A stretch of DNA of 64,000 nt from the NCBI GenBank assembly GCA_052426225.1, contig JBNJNM010000009.1, positions 1,178,001 through 1,242,000 of the forward strand, in the 5' to 3' direction. This document shows, piece by piece, positions 47,256 through 57,494 of this stretch. Made by a program: the position numbers and the translations under genes. This stretch comes from Zancudomyces culisetae HAW-14-8 (taxonomy: Eukaryota; Fungi; Kickxellomycota). Numbering within the stretch: position 1 is the stretch's first letter; each line of letters starts with the position of its first letter. Under the pieces are notes generated by a model. The model searched no databases and was not told the origin of the DNA. It saw only the letters and a program-made list of their open reading frames with translations.

Positions 47256-50181
47256 TTTTTTTTTGTCTACAATCTTTCTCTTTCTTTTTTTTCCACTCTC
47301 TTTTTCTTTTCGCCCTTCTATTCTATCTAGTATCAACTTTGTCTGTCCCTTTTTTTTATTTACAAGTTTTTGTTTTCTATCAATATCTCAGTACTTATTT
47401 TTCCTCTATATTCTAATTCCAATATAAATCTGGACTGTATTTAGTATTATGTCTACCGAATTCGTTCTAATTCCCGGCTAATAAGCAATTTCTATTTTTG
47501 TACCTGTAAAAAGCTTGTGTTCACTTTGATTTAACCATTCCCTACTTTATTTTTTTTTTCCTTGTTTTCTCCCTTCCCCCTTTTTTTTTGCTTTTTAGTA
47601 TTCTCTCTTTTTTTTATTGTTAACCTTATATATCATGTATTCACCTGAATATACTTTTAACAGGGTTCAAAGCTAACCTTTTATTATAACTCTTTTATTT
47701 TGCATGAATTATTTAAACTCCTATATCTTTTTTTTTTTTCGCTCTCTACTTTCCGTAAATTTCATATTCAAACCTTTTTTTTTGTAATTAAATAATCCAC
47801 ATTTGTTAATACATTTGTTTATATAATATAACATAAACCTGACTGCTCTTTATTTTTTCTTTTTCTTTTTACCTTTTTTTGCCACTAGATTTTAGTTTTA
47901 TTTTGGTATTATTTTCTAAACATTAACTGCGTTTACACATCTTTTTTTTATTTTTTGCACTTTTTTCCCTCCACCCATATTTTTCTCCCCATCCTCCTCC
48001 TTTTTGACTCCCCCCCCTCCCCCTCCCTCTTCCTCTATATTTTTTTATTTTTTCTAGTTTGTTTTAATTTTCTCTTTGTTCCCTTTCTAATACTCCCTTC
48101 AACATCTATCCATAAAACAACTTTTCACCGGTTATTTTTTTCCCATTTCTCATTTTCTGCCGACTCATTCACACATATACACCCCCAATCTACTTTTAAT
48201 TATCTATAATCCGCCCTTTTTTTTCCACTGGGTTTTTTCTTTTTTTGATTTACTACAAGGTACCACAGCCCAATAACATTTTACAGGCCCTTTCTCTTCT
48301 TGCAACTTTTTTTTGCCTTTGCTTTTTTTTTTTGCTTTTGCTTTTTTTTTTAACCAAATTTAGACCATTCATTAACCTTCAAAGCTTGTATGATTATTTT
48401 TTGTTTTTTGTTTTTATACCCTGATCTACCAAACCAACAAACTACCACTTATAGCTACAACTTGAAACTATTACTGGCTATAGCAACAACAATAACAAAA
48501 GTAGAAAACTGAGGCTCTCTGCCTCTTTCTCTTACTCAACCTTCTCTAACTATTTTATCTCCCATCTTTTCAGGCTCTATTGGTCACATACCAATCCGAT
48601 TTCTTATATATTTCCCTTTTGTTTTTCTCCCTATCTTTTTTATTTGTTTTACTAAATTCCCTTTTACACATCTTGTACCAAAATAAGAAAATTTTAAAAT
48701 GCTTTAAATAAATACATAGTTTTGAAACATTGGCTGTTAATCCCAATCCCTCAACTTTTTTTATTATTAAACACTAACCTCCTATCCTATTATTTTTTTT
48801 ATTTACTTGATTTACCAAATTACAAAATGAAAAAATAATATGAAAAAAACTGTCCATACTATTTTGCAAATCTTTTTCTTTTTTTTTTTTGCGATTTAAA
48901 AATATTCTTTTGCACTATATACTTTTTTTTTTGTGCCTTTTCTATTAGTCACTATTTTTATTATAAAATGCTCTATTGCATTTTACAGCTAACAATTTTT
49001 TTTTAGTCAAAATAAAAATGTGTTCAACATTTCTTAAAAGAGTTTACAAGCATTTTAACCACAATTTTGTTGGGTAAAAAAAAAACAGAAACGGAAGAAG
49101 GGAAAAAGAGCAATAGAAAGATAAAAAGAAAGAGAGAAAGAGGAAAAAAAATTACGCAAAATGAACTATTATATCATATATTTTGATGTTACAACCTTCA
49201 GGGTTTTGTTCTAGACTACAAGTATATAGCGTGAGTGTTATATGATATGATGTTTGAAATTTGGGTTGTTTTTTTCCTCTCATTTTTTTTTGTTTCTCAA
49301 AATATTTGATGTGAACTTTAATCTGTTACCTTTTTTACTTTTTTTACTAATCTGCAATTATAAAAAATCAACAAACTTGTTTGGATTTTATACCTGTTTT
49401 TTTCCTGTTTTTGTTTTATTTCCAAATTTGATCAAATTGGTTGTCAATCAATTAAGAACTTTAAAGAATAGATTGCATTAATATCTTTATCGTGTTATAC
49501 TTCTATCCAACCTTCTCCATCCAACTCACACTTTATCTCTCTTTCTATCTCTCTTTTTCTCTTTTTCTCGGGTTCTTTCTGTCTTTTCCCAAACAACTAC
49601 TCTTTTTGTTTTGATCCCAGTCAATCTTCCAATTATTTGTCTTACAACAACACAGAGAGCTGAGTTGGCGCTAGTTTAGTTCACATTAAAGTTGATTTTG
49701 ACTTTACATATCTCTGCCCATTTTTTTTCAGATTCTTTATCCCATCTTGTGCCCACTAAAAAAACATTTACCTTATATTTGATATTCTTACCAATAATTG
49801 ATGTACTAATTGACTTGTAAATCGGCTCATCTTACCATCCCCCCCTCCTCTCAAGAACCACTCTATATTATTATTTTATCCCTTCTCTACTCTCTAATCT
49901 TGCTTTTTAGTAATATTATATAAAAATCTAAAATAATCCTCTCTCCATTCCTCTCTTCTCCCCACCCCTCCCCCTGAACTGTGAATTCTCATATAAAACT
50001 TAAAAAAAAACAAGTCGTTATATTTTTCTCTCTCCTGATTTATTTGAAACGTGTATTTGATAAACATCATTTCATTACTAAACCGAGAATATACCAAATC
50101 TAAATACCTTTTACAAAACAACATGCATACTAATTCTAATGAATTGTTTTCTTAAACCCTCTTATACTACTTTTTTATTTT

Positions 50182-50228
50182 TTTCCCCTCTTCCCCTCTT
50201 CCCCTCTTCCCCTCTTCCCCTCCTCTCT
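50182..50228. repeat. (TTCCCCTC)n polypyrimidine tandem repeat; GGGG-run G4 motif on the - strand
   Basis: ttcccctc occurs five times in tandem. Confidence 0.8.
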
Positions 50229-53200
50229 TCTTTTCTTTTTTCTTCTTTTTCTTATATCTTTCAATGAACATCCTGATCTACAGGATTTACGCTTTCCAAT
50301 AAAGTGGGCTCTTTTTTATTTTATTTCAATTCATTTTTACAATAGTGCACAAAACTATACAGGCTACCAAACCAATATCACTTGCTTTTTTTTAAATATG
50401 GTCTGCACTTTAATATTGAAATCTCTTTGATTTACCGCGCATCATACCATTTCTTTCATGTAAATATTGCACCGTTAGCATGGTGAGACATATTCCACGA
50501 TTTTTACTACAGTACAAAAGTATGCGCTATTTTCTTGGTCATTTCACCATCATCTTTTCCCTTTCCTTCTCTTTCTCCGCCTTCTTTTTTAAAAAAATCT
50601 TATTACTACCTCCCCCAACGTGTACTTATTCTCGTCGATTCTTCATATTTGTCCACATCACTGTACTATATTTTTTTATTTGCTTTTTTCTTGTGGGTAA
50701 ATACCATCAGTGTTATTTTCATCACATCACTACATCCTACTTGATGTTCCATAATTACCACCACTGCATTTTACCATACTAGTAGCTATTTATAAAACCG
50801 TTTACTTTTTTGCTTGAATACTGACCTCTCCCTTTCCCCAAGATTTTTGTATTTATGCGTTTACTCTACCTCAACCATATTATTCTCACTAATTCTATTT
50901 TTTAATTTTGAATGCGTGAATACTATATTCCCCCAGTTTCCACTGTAATGTGGCTACACAACAATAAAAGCACGCTAAAAATAGCAATATTTTTGTCGTA
51001 TTTTTTTTTTGTTGAATTTTCGCATCCAAAATTCGTAGACTCGTGAACACTTTTTTCTCATCCTTATCTATATATTATGTGTAACCTGGACCATCTACAT
51101 TATTATGCATTTGCAGCTATTTAGAAAACTTTAACCGCCTTTGACTTTATTGCCATTCTTTTTTTACTCTTTAGCCAGCTCATCATTTTTTTTTTGTTTG
51201 TGTATAGTAGACTTTTAGCCACCTATTATTTTTCTTTCTAGAAAGAAAATGTAATTGAAAAAAAGATTATAACACTGATATAACATCGGATATCTGAAAG
51301 CAAAAGACCCAAGAGATGTAGTATATAAACTAGTAAAAAGAATGCTCTTAGTTGATTATTCGCCATCTCCCTGAATAGTTTTAGCAATTGTGTTAGGTTA
51401 TTTTTGGTAAAGGTATTTGTTTTTACCGATATGTTACCGAAAGAGGTTACACACACGTTTTGTTTCATTTTGAAAGAATTTGAAGCAGCTTCATAACAAT
51501 CTGAAGAAATGTTGGGAGGGGAGAGAGGAGGGTTTCTCTCCTATTTTTAGAACATTATATCTGTACCAGTGAAATACCCAAAATAAAAAAATATAAATTG
51601 GATTTATGTTGGTATTAAATATTTTGGATGTTATTGCATTGTTTATACTGAAATATCCGGGGAGGATGGTAAAAGGGCGGGGTTACGTTTGATAAGGTAC
51701 CAGATAGATATTAATAAAAATATTTCTAGTTTAGCGGGTTATGTATATTTTCCATTTCTACTGCGTTTTTTCTGTATAGGCAAGATTCTACATTGTTAAA
51801 ATATCTGAACTGAATTTGAGCATAGTTATGAAATACTCGAATATTGATAGAAGAGGAAGAAACATTTTTAGAATATATATCTCTGGATATCTATCAAACA
51901 GTACGGTTGAGTTGTGTGTGAATACGGATATGTTGTACCAGTTGGTACTATTTTATGGTGTGTAAAAAAAAGTATCTACTTGTTAGATGTACTTTTTCTG
52001 CTACTCGAAGTTTATTTTTTACTCCATGGAATTGCTAGATAAATACCATTTAAAACACTATGAAAATAATACTAAATATTTATCTAACCAATTCCTTTCT
52101 TCTCCTCTCGGGATTCCATACCCATCCAGGTGCTGATTCATGGTACTACTATTTGAAATGCATCGAGTTTTATCATCAATGCTACTCGAAATCAGAACAA
52201 GCAAAATACTTATCACAAAGAATAGGTTCCATGTGCGTTTTGGAGAACCAAATTTTTTTTTTTAGTAACTAAGAATTAAAAATGCAGCTAGATGATGTAT
52301 TTAAGCAAATACATCTATTTACCGACGCTTTATTGGCATGGTTTTTCTTTTATAAATTAAAACCACGCTTTGCTCTTTTTTCTGGCCCTTCCTCCAGGAA
52401 AATGATCTTTCTACAACTTAAGAGAAGCATGACTAAAAAAAAATGAAAATTCGATAGTCCTCATTTGTTTTATGTGTATTTGGGAGGTCAACAAGCATAG
52501 TGTTTTTTTTTTGTAGATGGCAAAAATTCAACAATAATAGCAAACTAGAAATTGTAAAACAACAAAGATAAAAAGAATTGAAAGTGGTTTTGGGGACACA
52601 GTATTTCTCCAAATGATTTTCTGGGCGTTTTTTGCACAAACCAAAATTAGAGTGAAATTATTAGAATAATGGTGGCAAACGTCATTAGGTCTAATGAAAT
52701 CGAAATAATAGGGAACTCGAAGAAATTTAATATAGTACAAAAATTTTCTTTTTTTTTGTGAAAGAGTAACGAAATAAAAACTAGAACACAAGAAAGAGAA
52801 TGGATTGGGGGTTTTGCTTTTTTATTATAATTATTGCAGCTGTGGAAATGGTAATTTTGCTTTTTTATGGTGTATGTTTAAGAAATGAGATAATTAAACA
52901 AGTTTCGAAAGTAGCTTTTCATTGGAAAAAAAAAAAGGTGCCTTAGTTATTGCGTTTTGCTAGTTTGCTTTTTTATCATTTTACTGCAAAGCGAAAAAAA
53001 AAAGATCTACTACTTGAGGGGGATTTTTCCTCACTTTTCCTCATTTTTTTTTACTTTTTAGCTTTTTCTTTCTAAAAAAAATGTTGTAGATGAGGTAGGA
53101 AAGCAGTTTGGTTTGCAGTGTTTTAAATAACTTGATGGAGTTGAAGATTGGGGGGAGGGGAAGGGAGAAGAGAAAGGAGAGGGGAGAAGAGAGAGGAGAG

Positions 53201-54067
53201 AGCACATTTTTAAAATTTGCCTAGTGGTATAAATAAAACATATTTGTTCTGATTAAACAATAGAATCGCCAATATGGTAGCCTAGCATTAAACTCTTAAT
53301 TAAATAAGAACCAAGTAAAAAAAAAAGCATTAAAAGGTCATTTACTTTTTCATGGTATACTAGGCCGAGTAAATTAATAAAAAAATTTTCTAGCTTGTCT
53401 AATTAGGGCTTTGAAACTGAAAATTGAGGCTATTTTTCTTTAATTTTTCCAGTAAAAAATAAATAAATACATAAATAATATTGTGGTTTTTTCATTAACT
53501 TATGCTCAACATATTACCATTATTTAAAAAAACACAACACATAAACACAAGTACATATATATCCAAGCTATAACAGCATACACACACAGATACGCCGTAT
53601 ATTATATCTATATTCAGGTCAAATTACAGTATCAACGCGGGTGATATATGTATTAGTGGCTTGGTATACTTTTTTTTTCATCAATAGCGCTTTTTGATAT
53701 TGATATATCGTAGCTTAAGAGAACTAATATATCTCCTTTGCTTTTTGGTAGCGAAAGGTATACTTTTAACTTCATATTGGAAAAGAAAAGTGGAATCTGC
53801 TCGAGATAAATTTCGTACCTCATATATAACGACTAGCAACTGTAGGAACAAGAAATAAAGAACTATACAGACAAGAGTTAAAAAAATGGTTGTAGTTACC
53901 AGTGAGCCCAGAGAAGACAACTTCAAAAGGGTTATAAAGAGAAGCTATAGTGATGATAGTGGTAAGTGGTAGTAAATTCGAAATAATGGATAGATAAGTA
54001 TATAGAAGAAAGTGAAGTAAAATATGGGATAAATTGTTGCTGAATAGATGATGATTCGCCACTATTG

Positions 54068-56335
54068 ATGCGAAAAGGAGCGGTCGTAAAAAAGGAAAAG
54101 ACAAAAAACGGAGGAGGCAAGGCGCTGGCGGTAAGGAGGATAAAAGACGAAGATGACAGTGATGAGGATGCTCCGCTGTTGTCAAGAAAGATCGCAATAA
54201 AAAAAGAAAAGAACAAAGTAAGTGCTGTGAGTATGAATGGGAGTGGAAACGGGAATGGTAAAGAGAATGGGTACGGAAAGAGAGTGAAGGTAGAGAGTGA
54301 AGTGACCAGAAAAAAAATTAAAACAGAAGGGGAGAAAAAGAGGAGAGTAAAGAGGGAGCAGAAAGAAGAAGAGGAGGCAGAGGAGTATGAGTGGTGGAGA
54401 GACCAGAATGGCGATAAGGATGATACAATAAGATGGACACAGTTGGAGCACCAGGGAGTGTTATTTCCACCAGAATATGTTCCACATGGGGTACCGATCC
54501 TATATGACGGCGAAAAGGTGTATTTAGAGCCAGAGATTGAGGAATTGGTAGGGTTTTTTGCAGCGCTGCTAGAAACAGAGCATGGTGCTAACCCGACGTT
54601 CCAGCGAAATTTCTTTAACGAGCTGAAGTTGTTGATGAGTAAAAGCAAGCGCAAGTATCCAATCAAGGAATTTAGCAGATGTGATTTCAGGCCAATGTAT
54701 GAATATTTCCAAAAGCAAAAGGAGGAAAAAAAACAAATGAGCAAAGAGGAGAAGGCAGCACTACTTGAAGAGCGCAAGATGATTGAAGAAAAGTATGGAT
54801 ACTGTATACTGGACGGGAGGCGCGAAAAAGTGGGGAATTTCCGAATTGAGCCACCAGGGCTATTTAGAGGACGAGGAGCACATCCAAAAACAGGGTGTTA
54901 TAAGCGACGGGTGCGAGCAGAACAGATTACAATCAATATAGGCAAAGATGCGAAGATTCCAGAACCACCAAAGGGCAGTAAATGGGGCAATGTGATTCAC
55001 GACCAAACAGTCACCTGGCTAGCTATGTGGAAAGAAAATGTCAACGACAATACCAAATATGTGTTTCTAGCAGCAGGAAGTTCGCTAAAAGGACAAAGCG
55101 ATCTCAAAAAATACGAAAAGGCCCGAGAACTGAAGAAGCATATTGTACGAATCCGCAAGGACTACATGGCAGCATTAACCAGCAGTGATGGTAAGACTCG
55201 GCAGCGTGCAACAGCACTGTATTTGATTGATCGTTTCGCACTGCGAGCGGGTAACGAAAAGGGCGATGACCAAGCTGACACAGTGGGCTGTTGCTCGTTA
55301 CGGTATGAACACGTGACTTTTGAAGACGGAAAGGTAGTGTTTGACTTTCTGGGCAAAGATTCTATACGTTACTACAACAAGGTCGAGGTGCATCCGGCTG
55401 TCTACCGCAACCTGGTGAGCTTCCAGCGGGCCGCAAAGACTCCAGGAAACTTATTATTTTCTCTAATCAACACTGTCGAGCTTAACAAACACTTGTCGTC
55501 TCTGATGCCTGGCCTCAGCGCTAAGGTTTTCCGTACCTACAATGCCTCTCACACCTTCCAGCAGGAGTTGGAAAAGCAGGATGTCACTCCTGCAAGCTCT
55601 ATCCACGAGTTGACGCTGGCCTACAACCGCGCCAATCGACAGGTTGCTGTGCTATGTAACCATCAGCGTGCCGTTGCCAAAAACTTTAGCGGTCAGTTGT
55701 CTAAAATTGCCGATCGCCTTATGGGTCTGCGCTACGAGTGCCGTCGTCACATTGATTTGCTCAAACCCAATTTGACCGACTTATCACTTGCCGACCGTGC
55801 CAAATACGACCTTGCGCCGTTTGAACAGGCATGCCGTGACGACCCTGACCGGCCAATCACAACCGAATGGCTGTATTCATATTTTGCTGACTTGCTTACC
55901 AAGGATATTGAAAGGCTGGAAAAGAAAAAAGCCTCTGATGCCACGCAATCCAATCTTGATTCTATAGAAGAAAAACTTGCCTCGCTTTCTTCTGAACTTT
56001 CCACTCTCAACTCCAAAAAGGAGGCTCTTTCTTCTTCCAAATCCTCTAAACCATATATTCCCGAAATGTACAGACTTACTTTCAACTCGATTGACAAATC
56101 TTTTTCAACTATCCAAAGACTTTACACTCGAATTGTTGCCACAAAGACAGCGTTGGTAGACAAGGACGAAAACAAGACTACCGCTCTCGGCACCTCCAAA
56201 ATCAATTATATCGACCCCAGAATAACCGTTTCTTGGTGCAAAAAATTCGACATTCCTGTTGAAAAATTCTTCCCCAAAACTCTTCGTGAAAAATTCAAAT
56301 GGGCCATGCATGCCGACAAAAATTTCAAGTTTTAA
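54068..56335 (+). CDS. TOP1: DNA topoisomerase I (type IB), intronless
   Basis: WTQLEHQGVLFPPEY, VGNFRIEPPGLFRGRGAHPKTG, DRFALRAGNEK, DFLGKDSIRY, AKVFRTYNAS, LCNHQR, and active-site SKINYIDPR. Confidence 0.98.
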   Translation: MRKGAVVKKEKTKNGGGKALAVRRIKDEDDSDEDAPLLSRKIAIKKEKNKVSAVSMNGSGNGNGKENGYGKRVKVESEVTRKKIKTEGEKKRRVKREQKEEEEAEEYEWWRDQNGDKDDTIRWTQLEHQGVLFPPEYVPHGVPILYDGEKVYLEPEIEELVGFFAALLETEHGANPTFQRNFFNELKLLMSKSKRKYPIKEFSRCDFRPMYEYFQKQKEEKKQMSKEEKAALLEERKMIEEKYGYCILDGRREKVGNFRIEPPGLFRGRGAHPKTGCYKRRVRAEQITINIGKDAKIPEPPKGSKWGNVIHDQTVTWLAMWKENVNDNTKYVFLAAGSSLKGQSDLKKYEKARELKKHIVRIRKDYMAALTSSDGKTRQRATALYLIDRFALRAGNEKGDDQADTVGCCSLRYEHVTFEDGKVVFDFLGKDSIRYYNKVEVHPAVYRNLVSFQRAAKTPGNLLFSLINTVELNKHLSSLMPGLSAKVFRTYNASHTFQQELEKQDVTPASSIHELTLAYNRANRQVAVLCNHQRAVAKNFSGQLSKIADRLMGLRYECRRHIDLLKPNLTDLSLADRAKYDLAPFEQACRDDPDRPITTEWLYSYFADLLTKDIERLEKKKASDATQSNLDSIEEKLASLSSELSTLNSKKEALSSSKSSKPYIPEMYRLTFNSIDKSFSTIQRLYTRIVATKTALVDKDENKTTALGTSKINYIDPRITVSWCKKFDIPVEKFFPKTLREKFKWAMHADKNFKF

Positions 56336-56417
56336 ATACTTATTACTTTATTTATGAATAAACCTAATTTGTAGCTTCCCCATTTTATTTCACCCTAACA
56401 AAATAAAATATATAAAT

Positions 56418-57494
56418 TTACAAGGTGTTGAGATTGCCCAAATCCTTGTTGGCTTCTTTTACTCTGGCGATCATGGTGACTTCTCCTTCTCTGACCCATA
56501 CTCTTGGGTCGTAGTACTTCTTGTTTGGCTTATCCTCACCTTCTGGGTTTCCAATTTGTGAGGCCAAGTATGCGCTGCGCTTGTTGACAAAGTCACGCAC
56601 TCCAACCAAGTATGCCCATTGTGTGTCTGTGTCTACGTTCATCTTGACTACTCCGTGGCTGACTGCCTCGGTAACCTCCTCATTGGTTGATCCTGACCCT
56701 CCGTGGAACACCAAGAACAATGGCTTGTTTGAGGTGCTGCCAATCTTTTCTGCGACATAGTCTTGGAAGTTCTTCAACAGCTTTGGTTGCAACACTACGT
56801 TTCCTGGCTTGTATACTCCGTGCACATTTCCGAATGCTGCTGCGATGGTAAACATCTTGCTGATTGGGCTGAGTGCCTTATATACATCATAGACATCCTC
56901 TGGCTGTGTATACAGCTTGGAGCTATCTACTCCCTCGTGGTTAACACCGTCTTCCTCACCACCTGTCAAACCAATCTCCATTTCCAACAACACGTTGATG
57001 CGTGCGCATCTTTCCATGTATTTGGCTGTTGTGCTGATGTTGTATTCCTTGCTATCTGCTGACAAATCAATCATGTGTGATGAGAACAGTGGCTCACCGT
57101 GTTCCTTGAAGTACTTTTCGTCGGCATCCAACATTCCGTCCAACCATGGCAACAGGTTTCTTGCACAATGGTCTGAGTGGATAACTACTGGAACTCCATA
57201 TTGGCTAGCTACTGCGCGGATGTGCAGGGCTCCAGCAACGGCTCCTGTAATTGATGCCTGGTGCTGATCGTTCTTGACTCCCTTACCAGCATAGAAGGAC
57301 GCTCCTCCATGAGAGAATTGTATAATGATTGGTGAGTTTGATGCCTTGGCTGCTTCCAACACTGCATTTATTGTTGATGAAGATGTGCAGTTGATGGCTG
57401 GGATGGCAAAGTTGTGTTCCTGGCAGTACTTGAACAACTTGTACAAGTTCTCTCCTACAACTACACCTGGTGGTACTACGTCTAAGACTCCCAT
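56418..57494 (-). CDS. FBA1: Fructose-bisphosphate aldolase class II
   Basis: HSDHCA, FSSHMIDLS, EMEIGLTGGEEDGV, AFGNVHGVYK, FHGGSG, KMNVDTD, PNKKYYDPRVWVREGE. Confidence 0.98.
   Translation of the reverse strand: MGVLDVVPPGVVVGENLYKLFKYCQEHNFAIPAINCTSSSTINAVLEAAKASNSPIIIQFSHGGASFYAGKGVKNDQHQASITGAVAGALHIRAVASQYGVPVVIHSDHCARNLLPWLDGMLDADEKYFKEHGEPLFSSHMIDLSADSKEYNISTTAKYMERCARINVLLEMEIGLTGGEEDGVNHEGVDSSKLYTQPEDVYDVYKALSPISKMFTIAAAFGNVHGVYKPGNVVLQPKLLKNFQDYVAEKIGSTSNKPLFLVFHGGSGSTNEEVTEAVSHGVVKMNVDTDTQWAYLVGVRDFVNKRSAYLASQIGNPEGEDKPNKKYYDPRVWVREGEVTMIARVKEANKDLGNLNTL

Noticed and set aside
36986-47427. Many antisense or alternative-frame ORFs of 60-180 aa over SWR1, RRN3 and the Caf120-like gene
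   Set aside because: Low-complexity shadows of skewed, repeat-rich CDS; no motifs.
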